NCBI GenBank assembly: GCA_964501435.1
Contig: CAZCTH010000005.1
Coordinates: 22,507 to 86,506, forward strand
Direction of reading: 5' to 3'
DNA from: an uncultured Spirochaetales bacterium
GTDB taxonomy: Bacteria; Myxococcota_A; UBA9160; UBA6930
DNA: 64,000 nt
Shown: one piece after another, positions 33,580 to 43,907 of the stretch
Layout: each line of letters begins with the position of its first letter
Position numbering within the stretch: the first letter of the stretch is position 1
The notes under the pieces: generated by a model
What the model was told of the DNA's origin: nothing
The model's input: the letters and a program-made list of their open reading frames with translations, nothing else
Databases searched by the model: none
Translations under genes and position numbers: made by a program

Positions 33580-35856
33580 TCAGGGGCGGATGTCGATGCG
33601 CTGGACACCCGCGCGGCAACAGGGGCCCGGCGAGTCGCAGGCCTCGTGGCTGCAGTGGAATTCGAACGAGACGACGCGAGCACCGACTTCGACTGGCTCA
33701 ACGCGGACACCGAAGCGGTAGACGCCGAGGAGCGCCCCCCCGTCGCGGCTGACGGTGGCCTCGTTCGCGGACGCCGACACGTCGGTGCGCCACGTCAGCT
33801 GGCCGGGGCAGTGCATTCGAACCACGAGCGGCTGTCCACGTCGAATCGCCTTCACCGGCTGCGCGAACGTCCAGATCGCCGGGTGCGGCACGATTGGCTG
33901 CGTCAGCTCATTAGGGATCTCAGCACCGATGAAGCGGTAAACGTTCGACAGATGCAGTCGAAACAAGTCATCGAACTCGGCGTCGGACGACGAATCCTGA
34001 TCGGTGCCGAACCACCAGAACCAGTCGCTGCCCTCGGCGTAGTACGCCGCCTCGAGGGCGCGCTGCCGCTCAGCTGACCCGACGTTCGCGGCATCGATCC
34101 GGTCTCGCGCTGCCGCGAGGAGCTCCCATGCGCGATTCTCCTCCGGCTCCCCGATCCAAGTGCCGAAGTCCGTCCCCGGCGGCGAGCCCTGCTCATCGAT
34201 CCAGCTGCCCGCGGCGAGCGGCTGAATGAGCGGCAACGACGGTACAGGATGCGCGAGAACACCCCGGGCCGGATCGCCGTTGAGGTACTCCGAGAACGTC
34301 ACCGTCTTGATCTCTGGATCCGTGGCCAGTGCCGTGTAGAGCGCCCGTAGAAAGGGGCGGCCTTGACCGGGGAAGGAGCTCCACGCGTTTTCGCCGTCGA
34401 GTGCAACGGTAACGACGCGCTGCGAGGGATCCGCGACGCGCCACGCGAAACGCTCCTTGAGCTCGCGGACGAACTCGCGCGCTCCCGACTCGGCACTTCT
34501 GTCCCCCCCTGACTGGAACCCGATGCGATTGGAGAGCGAGGTGTCGCGGAAGAACACTGCGACGCCTCGGCCGTGCTCGTCCTCGGCGCGATAGGGCTGC
34601 GCGAGGACGTTTGGGTCCTCGACTGGCAGGCTCGCTCCGCCAGAGCGGCGGAGGATGTCGCGATCGGTTGCGATCCACTCGACGCCGTGACCTGCGAAGA
34701 GGCCGACGATGCCTTGGGAAACTGCGCCCTCCGACGGCCACATCCCCCGCGGAGATCTTCCGAACCAACGGCGATACGACTCGACCGCGCGACCCACCTG
34801 CAGGCCTGCATCTTCCGGGCGCCGAAAGCGCGGCACGGCTCCGTTCTCGGGGCCCGCAATCTCTGTATCCATGAGGAGCGGGAGGATCGGGTGCGCGTGT
34901 GGCGACGTTGAGATCTCGATCTGCCCGCGTTCCTGCAGCTCGCGGTGGATCGCGACTACGGCTCGGAGCACCTTGCGTTGCTCCTCGACCATCGCGCCGA
35001 GATCCGCCTGAGAAAAGCCTGCGCCCTTTCCAACGAATCGCTCGACGCTCGCCGTCGAGCCGCCGGGGAGCGCGACCGTCCCTTCCTGAAACTCAGGAGC
35101 GAACCAGGCGAGGTTGAACCACATCTGAAGATCGCGCAGGTCAGCGGCCGAGAATCGAACGCCGCGGCGCCGCTGGTCCAAGAGCTCGCGATAGCGCGGA
35201 AACGGATAGATCTGGCGATGCCAGTCGGCGTCGAAGAAGCTGCTGAGAACCGCCTCGCGCTGGGCGCGGCTGAGTCGGCCGGCGGGCACGAGCGTTAGCT
35301 CGAGTGCTTGGTCGGTCGCACCTCGCTCCGCGTAGTCCTCGATCTGAGCGAGAAGGACGGGGGTGAGGTTGATCGTGGCGTGCACGCGCGGATGATCGGC
35401 GAGGATCGCCGCCATCGCGTAGTAGTCGCGCAAGCCGTGCAGGCGTACCCAAGGGAGCGCGTAGGCGCCCCGGAGACTCTCCTTCCCGAGGTCGCGGTAG
35501 AGCGGCTGGTGCTGGTGCCACAAGAGCGCCAAGTGAATCTTGGGCCCGACCAGGAACTCGAAGGGACCCAGCCGAATCGATCCAGAGGGACCCGTGGCGA
35601 CAAATTCGTAAGCGATCCGCTCACCCTCACGGAAGGCGCCAAGGTCGACGTACCAGAAGCTCGAGTCCTGTTCATTGCGCTCCCACTGCGCGTACAGGCG
35701 ACGCGACGGCTCGTCGGAGCCGATCCGGCGCACGTCCAGCGCCACCTGCTGACCCAGCTCGACGGGCCGGCTTGCGATCCTCAGATTGACGTTCTCGCCG
35801 GCGCTCGGATGGGCCGGGAAGCGCCCGGCCTCAGGTGTTAGATGCCAGAGCTCCAT
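33580..35856 (-). CDS. large GH57-family glycoside hydrolase (branching enzyme / amylopullulanase-like) with an N-terminal Ig/CBM-like domain
   Basis: LLWHQHQPLYRD, GQIEISTSPHAHPILPLL, MWPSEGAVS and ALDGENAW are the GH57 conserved regions. There are extra ~95-aa N-terminal and ~130-aa C-terminal domains. Confidence 0.8.
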   Translation of the reverse strand: MELWHLTPEAGRFPAHPSAGENVNLRIASRPVELGQQVALDVRRIGSDEPSRRLYAQWERNEQDSSFWYVDLGAFREGERIAYEFVATGPSGSIRLGPFEFLVGPKIHLALLWHQHQPLYRDLGKESLRGAYALPWVRLHGLRDYYAMAAILADHPRVHATINLTPVLLAQIEDYAERGATDQALELTLVPAGRLSRAQREAVLSSFFDADWHRQIYPFPRYRELLDQRRRGVRFSAADLRDLQMWFNLAWFAPEFQEGTVALPGGSTASVERFVGKGAGFSQADLGAMVEEQRKVLRAVVAIHRELQERGQIEISTSPHAHPILPLLMDTEIAGPENGAVPRFRRPEDAGLQVGRAVESYRRWFGRSPRGMWPSEGAVSQGIVGLFAGHGVEWIATDRDILRRSGGASLPVEDPNVLAQPYRAEDEHGRGVAVFFRDTSLSNRIGFQSGGDRSAESGAREFVRELKERFAWRVADPSQRVVTVALDGENAWSSFPGQGRPFLRALYTALATDPEIKTVTFSEYLNGDPARGVLAHPVPSLPLIQPLAAGSWIDEQGSPPGTDFGTWIGEPEENRAWELLAAARDRIDAANVGSAERQRALEAAYYAEGSDWFWWFGTDQDSSSDAEFDDLFRLHLSNVYRFIGAEIPNELTQPIVPHPAIWTFAQPVKAIRRGQPLVVRMHCPGQLTWRTDVSASANEATVSRDGGALLGVYRFGVRVEPVEVGARVVSFEFHCSHEACDSPGPCCRAGVQRIDIRP

Positions 35857-35859
35857 CCC

Positions 35860-36966
35860 TCATCCTCCGGTCGCCTGCGCGACGCGCCTCGCGATCTCGG
35901 CCTCCTCGTTGGTCGGCACCACGTAGACGGGAGTCGCACCTCGCGTGGAGATCCGTCCCGCGGTGCCGCCCTCGTTGGCCAAGGCGTCGAGCGCCATCCC
36001 CCAGGCCGCTAGGCCCGCGACAATCCGGGCCCGGATGAGGGGTGCGTTCTCACCGATCCCGCCGCCGAAAACCAGCGGACGCGGCCCTCCGAGGAGAGTG
36101 AGGTAGGCGCCGACTGTCAGCACGATGCGATGGACGAAGAGATCGAGCGCACGAGTTGCGCGCCCTTCGCCCCGCTCGACCTCCACGAGAAGGGCACGCA
36201 CGTCAGCGGTGCCCGCCATTCCGAGAATCCCTGCGTGTTGGCGGAGCCCGATCTCGAGCTCGTCGAGACCCACTCCCGATCGCAGAAGGTGAATCAGGAC
36301 GCCGGGGTCGACATCACCCGAGCGCGTTCCCATGACGAGCCCCTCGAGGGGCGTGAACCCCATCGACGTCTCGACCGACTTGCCACGCGAAACCGCACAG
36401 GCCGAGCAGCCGCTGCCGAGCTGGAGCGTGACGGCATCGACCTCGTGTAGCGGCGTGCCTTGCTGCTGCCCGAGGCCGGCGACCAAGGACGCGTGCGCCA
36501 GTCCGTGGAATCCGTAGCGGTGGAGTCCGAAGCGCCGCGTCCAGGCGGGAGGAAGCGCGTAGTCGAGCGATGCACCCGACCGGACAGCGTGAAACTCTGT
36601 GTCGAACGCTGCGACCTGAGGCAACGGCGCGAACACGCTGCGCGCGCAGCGGACGATGCGAAGCGCGACGGGTTGGTGCAGAGGAGCCAGTCCTGCGAGC
36701 CCAGCGAGCTCGGCTTCGATGGAGGCATCGAGAGTTGTCGCATCAACAAATCGCCGGCCACCGTGAACGATGCGATGCCCAACCGCCGAGACCGATCCGA
36801 CCGCGGATCCGAGCCCGTTCAGGACCGCCGAGAATGCCTCCTCGGTTGACTCGAGGGCGCGCAGCGGCACCGACGCGCGCGACAACTCGTGAAGCGCGTC
36901 TCGCTCGCTCTCAAACACCGCTCCCTTGAGCGTCGCTGTGCCCGCATTCAGAACCAGAATCCGCAC
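35860..36966 (-). CDS. ackA: acetate kinase
   Basis: MRILVLNAGTATLKG, HRIVHGG, YGFHGLAH and GGGIGEN motifs. Confidence 0.88.
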   Translation of the reverse strand: MRILVLNAGTATLKGAVFESERDALHELSRASVPLRALESTEEAFSAVLNGLGSAVGSVSAVGHRIVHGGRRFVDATTLDASIEAELAGLAGLAPLHQPVALRIVRCARSVFAPLPQVAAFDTEFHAVRSGASLDYALPPAWTRRFGLHRYGFHGLAHASLVAGLGQQQGTPLHEVDAVTLQLGSGCSACAVSRGKSVETSMGFTPLEGLVMGTRSGDVDPGVLIHLLRSGVGLDELEIGLRQHAGILGMAGTADVRALLVEVERGEGRATRALDLFVHRIVLTVGAYLTLLGGPRPLVFGGGIGENAPLIRARIVAGLAAWGMALDALANEGGTAGRISTRGATPVYVVPTNEEAEIARRVAQATGG

Positions 36967-36975
36967 CGCCAGCCC

Positions 36976-39330
36976 TCAGGTGCCGGGCCAGCGCCAGCGA
37001 GAGATCTCCGCAGGATCGGTTCCCTCTCGCCGAACGAACGCGTGGTGCTCTGCAAGCCGACGCTCGTGGCGAACGATGATCTCCTCGGCGAGCGCGGAGC
37101 GCCCGGGCTCGTGCCGCGCGATCGCCTGCGCAGCCTGCATGACGACGTGGAATCGGCTACTTCGGTTGCGCACCATCATGTCGAAGGGCGTAGTCGTCGT
37201 GCCCTCCTCGCGGTAGCCATTTACGTGGAACCGCTCTTGTTGGGGCCTCTCCCAGCAAAGCTGTTTGATCGCGGCGGTGTAGCCGTGGAAGTTGAAGATG
37301 ACCGGGGCGGCGAGCGGGAAGAGCCGCTGGAAGCGATCCTCGTCGAGACCCGGATACTTCTCGGGCGTCCCAAGGCTGAGCAGGTCCGTGACGTTCACGA
37401 CCCGAACTCGCCAATCTGGAGCCTCTTCTCGCAGAATTGCTGCCGCGGCCATGACCTCGAGCGTCACGGAGTCGCCGCTCGCGGCGAGTACCACCTGCGG
37501 GTTTTCGCCGTCCGCAGTGCTCGCCCATCGCCACACCGACGCGCCGACGCGGCAGTGGTCGGCCGCCTCCGTCGGAGACAGCCACTGCGGCATGGGCTGC
37601 TTCCCGGCGATGACAACGTTGATCCGGTCAGTCGCGCGCAGGCACTCGTCCACCGTCCAGAGGAGACAGTTCGCGTCCGGAGGGAGGTGGATGCGGTACG
37701 TGTGGCCCTTCTTCGTGAGCAGGTTGTTAATAAACCCCGGGCCCTGATGCGAATAGCCGTTGTGCTCTTGTCGCCAAGCTTCAGAGGTGAGGATGTAGTT
37801 GAGGGACGAGATCGGCGATCGCCACGGCACCTCGATCGAGGACTTCAAGAACTTCGCGTACTGGTTCATCATGCCGTCGACGATCGGAAGGAAGGCCTCG
37901 TAACACGGAAACACCCCGTGTCGGCCCGTGAGCAGATATCCCTGTAGCCATCCCTGGCAGTTATGTTCGCTGAGGACCTCGAGAACGCGGCCGTCACGAG
38001 CGATGCGCTCGGCGTTTTCGGGGAGCGGCCACGTGTACTGGCGATCCGTGACCTCGAAGACGGCGCCGAGCCGGTTGGACTCGAGCTCGTCGGGACAGAC
38101 GATCCGGAAGTTTCTCATCCGCGCATTGGTGCTCACCACGTCGCGCAGATACTTGCCGAGCTCCTCCATCGCGCTGACCTGCTGGCGACCGCGGTTTTCG
38201 AGGTAGAGGCCATATCTATCGAGGCTCGGCAGCTGCAGCGGCACGCGCCGGCTGCCGCCGAACGCGTGAGGATTCATCCCCATGCGCCTGTCGCCCTTCG
38301 GGCACTGGGTCAGCACGTCGGGATGGGGATTCCCACCTGCGTCGAACAGCTCGGCGGGCCGATAGGAACGCAACCAACCCTCGACAGCTGCGAGATGCTC
38401 TGGGTTCGTCTTGAGATCCTTCGCGGGCACCTGATGCGCCCGGAAGGAGCCTGCGACGGCGTGGCCATCGATCTGATCGGGACCCGTCCAGCCCTTCGGG
38501 GTTCTGAGGAGGATCAGCGGCCACGCGGGCCGCGCGTCTGCAATGCCGGAGCGCGCGCGGAGCTGAATCTGACGGATCTCTTCGTGAGCCCAGGAGAACG
38601 CCGAATCGGCGGCTTCATCGATCTGCTTCAAGTCGTCGACGATTCGCGGGTTGTAGCCAAGACCCCGGAACAGTGAATCGAGCTCGGTGTCGCTCATCGT
38701 TGCGAACAGCGAGGGGCTCGAGATCTTGAATCCATTCAGATGGACGATGGGCAACACCGCACCGTCAGTCGCCGGGTTGATGAACTTGGTGCTGTGCCAC
38801 GCGCCTGCGGTGGGCCCCGTCTCGGCTTCTCCGTCCCCGACGATGCATGCCGCAATCAGCTCTGGATTGTCGAGCACGGCGCCGAAGGCCGTCGCGAGGG
38901 CATAGCCGAGCTCTCCACCCTCGTGGATCACACCGGGAATGCCGGGGCTCAGATGGCTCGGGAAGCGGTCCGGCCAGGAGAACGCTTGCAGGAAGCTCGT
39001 GAGTCCTGCGAGCCCATGTTTTAGCTCGGGAAAGAACTCTGCCAGCGTTCCCTCCAGATAGAGGTTCGCGAGATTGGCGGCGGCACCGTGGCCCGGACCG
39101 GTGATGAGCAAGATGCGGGAGTCCGTCTGACGGATCAGGCGGTTCAGGTGCTGATAGATGAGATTGATGCCCGGAGCGGTGCCCCAATGCCCAAGCAGGC
39201 GGTCCTTGATGTGCTCGGGTCGCAACGGTTCTTCGAGAAGCGGGTTGGCACGCAAGTAAATCTGCGCGGCGGCTAGGTAGTTGGCGGCTCTCCGATAGAG
39301 GTCGCAACAACGGAACTGTTCGGAGTCCAC
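36976..39330 (-). CDS. xfp: xylulose-5-P/fructose-6-P phosphoketolase
   Basis: 784 aa. RAANYLAAAQIYLRANPLL...HIKDRLLGHWGTAPG, EGGELGYAL and the GDGEAETGP ThDP motif. Confidence 0.93.
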   Translation of the reverse strand: MDSEQFRCCDLYRRAANYLAAAQIYLRANPLLEEPLRPEHIKDRLLGHWGTAPGINLIYQHLNRLIRQTDSRILLITGPGHGAAANLANLYLEGTLAEFFPELKHGLAGLTSFLQAFSWPDRFPSHLSPGIPGVIHEGGELGYALATAFGAVLDNPELIAACIVGDGEAETGPTAGAWHSTKFINPATDGAVLPIVHLNGFKISSPSLFATMSDTELDSLFRGLGYNPRIVDDLKQIDEAADSAFSWAHEEIRQIQLRARSGIADARPAWPLILLRTPKGWTGPDQIDGHAVAGSFRAHQVPAKDLKTNPEHLAAVEGWLRSYRPAELFDAGGNPHPDVLTQCPKGDRRMGMNPHAFGGSRRVPLQLPSLDRYGLYLENRGRQQVSAMEELGKYLRDVVSTNARMRNFRIVCPDELESNRLGAVFEVTDRQYTWPLPENAERIARDGRVLEVLSEHNCQGWLQGYLLTGRHGVFPCYEAFLPIVDGMMNQYAKFLKSSIEVPWRSPISSLNYILTSEAWRQEHNGYSHQGPGFINNLLTKKGHTYRIHLPPDANCLLWTVDECLRATDRINVVIAGKQPMPQWLSPTEAADHCRVGASVWRWASTADGENPQVVLAASGDSVTLEVMAAAAILREEAPDWRVRVVNVTDLLSLGTPEKYPGLDEDRFQRLFPLAAPVIFNFHGYTAAIKQLCWERPQQERFHVNGYREEGTTTTPFDMMVRNRSSRFHVVMQAAQAIARHEPGRSALAEEIIVRHERRLAEHHAFVRREGTDPAEISRWRWPGT

Positions 39331-39438
39331 AGGCCCCCCTTCCGGGCGGACGCTCGCGACGGCCTCGCGAGCCGCGAGCCGCGCCCTCGTTGGCTGGAAT
39401 ACGACTGCCGAGACGTCCGGGTGACTGAAGGCCTTGGC

Positions 39439-40155
39439 TTAGCGCCGAGGGAGCGGCGGTTTGTGGAGCTCCGCGCAGAGCCCCTCGTGGCAGCAGCGGA
39501 GAATTTCGACCGCTTCTTCGGGCGAATGCACTCGCCGCAGCCGAGCTCTGTCCTCAGCGGAGATCATGCCGTCGATCTCGAAGCGTTCGAGCTGCCTCTC
39601 GATGCCGTCCCAGAACGAGCCGCCGAAGAGCAAGACCGGGAAGTGCGGAATCTTGTGCGTCTGGACGAGGGTCAACGCTTCGAAGACCTCGTCGAGTGTT
39701 CCGAAGCCACCCGGGAACACGAGGAACGCACACGAGTACTTCACGAACATCAGCTTGCGCACGAAGAAGTACCGGAAGGCGCAGGCGCGATCGACGAACG
39801 GGTTCTGCGTCTGCTCGTGCGGAAGAACGATGTTGAGTCCGACGGACAGCCCACCGCCCTCTCGGCACCCGCGATTCGCGGCCTCCATGACGCCCGGACC
39901 TCCGCCGGTCAGGATGTTGAAGCCCGAGCGCGCCACCGCCTGCGCGACCGTCCGGGCGAGCCCGTATTCGCGAGATGTCGCGGCAGAGCGCGCCGACCCA
40001 AAGAACGAGACGGCGGGCTCTACGTCGCGCAGCGAAGTGAAGCCGCGCTGCAGCTCTTCATGGATGCGGACCAGCCGCTCGCGCTCCCCGAGCGCGGCTC
40101 CGTCCCATCCGATGCCTTCCAGCGCACTCGCCGACTCGCCTACCGGGTCTCCCAC
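39439..40155 (-). CDS. LOG / TIGR00730-family Rossmann protein (nucleotide 5'-monophosphate nucleosidase-like)
   Basis: VSFFGSAR, TGGGPGVMEAANRG and PGGFGTLDEVFEALTLVQTHK. Confidence 0.85.
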   Translation of the reverse strand: MGDPVGESASALEGIGWDGAALGERERLVRIHEELQRGFTSLRDVEPAVSFFGSARSAATSREYGLARTVAQAVARSGFNILTGGGPGVMEAANRGCREGGGLSVGLNIVLPHEQTQNPFVDRACAFRYFFVRKLMFVKYSCAFLVFPGGFGTLDEVFEALTLVQTHKIPHFPVLLFGGSFWDGIERQLERFEIDGMISAEDRARLRRVHSPEEAVEILRCCHEGLCAELHKPPLPRR

Positions 40156-40329
40156 GCGCTTCCTCCACCGGCGCCTTGGGGACTAGCGGCGGCTCCCCTG
40201 CGCGGATTGGGATACGGAGGCCCGTCGCGTTCGGTGACCGTAGATCGCGTCACGCGTGGCCAGACCATCGCGTATTGGTAGGCAACCCGGGAGCGCGAGG
40301 AGGCGCGGATTCTAGATTCCTCACTGGTA

Positions 40330-41217
40330 GTGGCTTTCTCGACGCTGGTCGCCGTGCTGCTCGCGGTCGATCTGCGCCTTGGCGTCGCGCCCGGAGACGT
40401 GCGCTTCCGCGTGTCTCCAACCTTACTGACTCTTCTTTGGATCGGCGCTGCGGTTGGCTTTGCCATCGCAATCCATGTTCGGCTCGGTCACGTCGCGATG
40501 TTCGAGTTCACGACCGGCTACCTGATCGAGTACGCGCTGAGCGTCGACAACCTCTTCGTATTTCTCGTGATTTTTCAGAACTTTCAAGTGCCCCGCGAGC
40601 ACCAGAGCCGCGTGCTCTTCTGGGGGATCCTGACGGCGATCGTTCTGCGCCTCGTCTTCATTGCTGGCGGCGCGGTGCTTCTGCGCCGGTTTCACTGGTT
40701 CGAGTATGTCCTCGGCGCGCTGCTCCTGCTGACCGCCTTCCGAGTGATCCGCGGAGACGCCAGCAGCGCCGACCCCCGCGACGGGCACGTCACGCGCGTC
40801 TTCCTCCGCATCGTTCCCAGCGTGCCGCGCTTCGAGGGCAGCCGTTTCCTTGTCCGCGAGAATGGGCGCTGGCGCGCGACGCTCCTGCTCCTTGCGCTGC
40901 TCGTGGTCGAGGTGACGGACGTTGTCTTTGCCGTGGACTCGATCCCGGCGATCTTCGCCATCACCGACGATCCATTCATCGTCTACACGTCGAACATCTT
41001 CGCGATCGCGGGCCTGCGGAGCTTGTTCGGCGTGCTGTCCTCGCTGGTTGGAACGCTCGCGTACCTCCGGCCCGCTCTCGGCGCGGTTCTGCTGTTCGTG
41101 GCGACAAAGCTCTTCCTCCACGACGCCGTGCACATCTCGTCCGGAGTCTCTCTCGCGGTGATCGGCGGAATCCTCGGCGGCGCGGCCGCCTTGTCCTTCG
41201 CGCTCAGACCGCGCTGA
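40330..41217 (+). CDS. TerC/Alx-family integral membrane protein
   Basis: TGYLIEYALSVDNLFVFLVIF and AVDSIPAIFAITDDPFIVYTSNIFAIAGLRSLF are the typical TerC repeats. GTG start with a weak RBS. Confidence 0.85.
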   Translation: MAFSTLVAVLLAVDLRLGVAPGDVRFRVSPTLLTLLWIGAAVGFAIAIHVRLGHVAMFEFTTGYLIEYALSVDNLFVFLVIFQNFQVPREHQSRVLFWGILTAIVLRLVFIAGGAVLLRRFHWFEYVLGALLLLTAFRVIRGDASSADPRDGHVTRVFLRIVPSVPRFEGSRFLVRENGRWRATLLLLALLVVEVTDVVFAVDSIPAIFAITDDPFIVYTSNIFAIAGLRSLFGVLSSLVGTLAYLRPALGAVLLFVATKLFLHDAVHISSGVSLAVIGGILGGAAALSFALRPR

Positions 41218-43900
41218 CGGCGGGATCTCTGCCATCGCCCCGCAGTACGACCTTGCGCGCCTCGAGCACGGCGAGGGGAATGCAGCCGAGAGCAACCTGG
41301 GCCGCGCACTGCGCGAGTGAGAGTGGCGTGGTTCCGAACAGACGCGCCAGGCTGGGCTCGTGATGGATGACGAGCTGGAGCGCGAAGCTTGCGGCAACGA
41401 TCGCGAACAGGCGAAGATTCGAGAACAGCCCCACTTCGTGAAGCGGCCGCGTCGCGCTCCGTGCACCGAATGCACGGAGAAGCTCCGCAAAGACGAGCGT
41501 CGAGAATGCCGCGTTTCGCGCGAGCTCGACGCCCGCCCCGCTGCGGAGCTCGTACCAATAGGCACCGAACGCGACGCCCGCCGTGAGACCACCGGTCAGG
41601 AGAAGGCCGCGCAGCGCCGCACCGTCTGCAAGCTGCGCGGACGCGCGGCGCGGAGGACGGCGCATTACGCCCGGGTCGATCGGGTCGGTGGCGAGCGCGA
41701 GCGCCGGGAGGCCGTCGGTCACGAGATTGATCCAGAGGAGCTGCACAGGGAGCAGCGGCACCGGAAGGCCCGCGATGCCTGCGGCGAGCATGAGCGTGAG
41801 CTCGCCGAGATTTCCTGCCAGCAAGTAGACGAGCGTCTTCGCAACGTTGTCGAAGATTCCCCGGCCCTCTTCGACCGCCGCGACGATCGACGCGAAGTTG
41901 TCGTCGGCGATCACCATGTCCGACGCCTCTTTGGCGACTTCGGTGCCCGTGATGCCCATGGCGACGCCGATCGACGCTTCGCGCAGCGCCGGCGCGTCAT
42001 TCACGCCATCTCCGGTCATCGCGACGACGGCGCCTCGCGCCTTCCAAGCTCGAACGATGCGGAGCTTCTGCTCGGCGGTCACGCGTGCATAGACCGCGAC
42101 GCGCTCGACGCGCTCGCGGAATTCGTCCGCGGAAAGCCGCTCGAGCTCTGTACCAATCAGCACCTCGTCCCCCGCGCCGAGAATGCCGAGCTCGGCGGCG
42201 ATGGCCTGAGCGGTGACGGGATGATCGCCGGTGATCATGACCGTGCGAATGCCTGCACGGCGGCAGCGCGCGACCGCGTCCCGAGCCTCTGCGCGCGGGG
42301 GATCCTGAAGACCGGCGAACCCAAGCAAGGTCAAGGATGACTCGACGTCCCCGGGAGATCCGTCCGGAAGCGCCCGTTCGGCGACAGCCAGCACGCGGAG
42401 CGCCTCGGCGGCCAACTGGCTCACGGCCTGTGCGAGGCGTGTCCGTGCTTCGGGGTCGAGCGCGATCACGCCGCGCTCCGTTCGCAGGTGGGTGCAGCAC
42501 TCGAGGATGGCCTCCGGCGCACCCTTCACGTACGCCACGCGCTGGCCGCGGCGGCTGCGCACGACGCTCATTCGCTTCCGATCGGAGTCGAAGGGAAGCG
42601 TCGAGAGGCGAGGCTCGGCGGCATCGATCTCGTCGCGATCGATTCCGGCCTTCGCGGCCGCCACGAGCAGCGCGACTTCCGTGGTGTCGCCGGCGACGCG
42701 GAACACGTCGCCATCACGCGTGACCTCGGCATCGTTGCAGGCAGCGGCTGCCCACAGCAGCTCGCGCGCTTGCAGGATGCCATCGTGCTCGCCGGGTCCC
42801 AGGATCTCGCCGTCGGCTCCGTATCCCTCCCCCGTTACGCGCAGCACGCCTCCCGGTGTGAGGAGCCGTCGCACCGTCATCTGCCCGACCGTGAGCGTGC
42901 CCGTCTTGTCGGTGCAAATCACCTGCGTACTGCCGAGCGTCTCCACGGAGGGCAGCCGCCGGACGAGCGCATTCCGTCGCACCATGCGCTCGACGCCCAA
43001 GGCGAGCGCAACCGTGACGACCGCCGGGAGTCCCTCTGGCACCGCGGCGACTGCCAAGCTCACGGCGCCGATGAAGAGCTCGAAGGGCGCCGTGCCGCGT
43101 AGCCAACCCAGCGCGGAAACGAGCGCTACGACCGCAAGACATGCCCACAGCAGCTGCCGGCCGACGACATCGAGCCGCTTCTGCAGCGGCGTCTGCTCCT
43201 CGGTCGCCCCTTCGAGGAGGCCCGCGATGTGGCCGACCTCAGTGTTCATTCCCGCCGCGACCACCACGGCGCGACCCGAGCCCGCGGTCACGCTCGTGCC
43301 AAGGAACACCTGGTTGCGCCGGTCGGCGAGCGCGGTTAGCGGCGGAAGGATTTCGCTGCGCTTCTCGACCGGCTCTGATTCTCCTGTGAGAGGGGCCTCG
43401 TTCACCTGAAGCAGCGACGCCGAAAGCAGGCGGGCGTCGGCGGCCACGAGATCGCCGGCGTCGAGCACGAGCAGGTCGCCGCGCACGACCTCGCGGGCCG
43501 GCACCACCTCGGAGTGGCCGCCTCGCACCACACGAGCGCGCGGGGCGGTCATGCGCGCAAGCGCGGCCACGGCCCGTTCCGCCCGGTACTCCTGAAAGAA
43601 GCCGATCGCGGCGTTCAACAGCACGATCGCCAGGATCGCGCCGCCGTCGACCCACTCGCCGAGTGCGATCGAGATGAGAGCTGCCGCGATCAAGAGCAGG
43701 ACGACGAGGCTCTTGAACTGACCCGCAAGCAGACCGAGGAGAGAGGGGCCCGCGGACGCGCGTAGTTCGTTGGGGCCGTCGTGGGCAAGCCGCAGCACCG
43801 CTTCTTCGCGCGTAAGCCCGCGCGCAAGATCCGTCCCAAGTGCCGCCGCGACTTCGTCGAGCGCGCTCGCGTGCCACAGCGTTCCCTCTCGCGTCGCCAT
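41204..43900 (-). CDS. P2-type (Ca2+/Mg2+-like) cation-transporting P-type ATPase
   Basis: Cation_ATPase_N-like N-terminus, VPEGLPAVVT in TM4 (not CPC), ICTDKTGTLT and MTGDGVNDAPAL. Its 3' end overlaps the 3' end of terC by 14 nt (convergent). Confidence 0.92.
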   Translation of the reverse strand: MATREGTLWHASALDEVAAALGTDLARGLTREEAVLRLAHDGPNELRASAGPSLLGLLAGQFKSLVVLLLIAAALISIALGEWVDGGAILAIVLLNAAIGFFQEYRAERAVAALARMTAPRARVVRGGHSEVVPAREVVRGDLLVLDAGDLVAADARLLSASLLQVNEAPLTGESEPVEKRSEILPPLTALADRRNQVFLGTSVTAGSGRAVVVAAGMNTEVGHIAGLLEGATEEQTPLQKRLDVVGRQLLWACLAVVALVSALGWLRGTAPFELFIGAVSLAVAAVPEGLPAVVTVALALGVERMVRRNALVRRLPSVETLGSTQVICTDKTGTLTVGQMTVRRLLTPGGVLRVTGEGYGADGEILGPGEHDGILQARELLWAAAACNDAEVTRDGDVFRVAGDTTEVALLVAAAKAGIDRDEIDAAEPRLSTLPFDSDRKRMSVVRSRRGQRVAYVKGAPEAILECCTHLRTERGVIALDPEARTRLAQAVSQLAAEALRVLAVAERALPDGSPGDVESSLTLLGFAGLQDPPRAEARDAVARCRRAGIRTVMITGDHPVTAQAIAAELGILGAGDEVLIGTELERLSADEFRERVERVAVYARVTAEQKLRIVRAWKARGAVVAMTGDGVNDAPALREASIGVAMGITGTEVAKEASDMVIADDNFASIVAAVEEGRGIFDNVAKTLVYLLAGNLGELTLMLAAGIAGLPVPLLPVQLLWINLVTDGLPALALATDPIDPGVMRRPPRRASAQLADGAALRGLLLTGGLTAGVAFGAYWYELRSGAGVELARNAAFSTLVFAELLRAFGARSATRPLHEVGLFSNLRLFAIVAASFALQLVIHHEPSLARLFGTTPLSLAQCAAQVALGCIPLAVLEARKVVLRGDGRDPAVSAV

Positions 43901-43907
43901 CGCGCAC

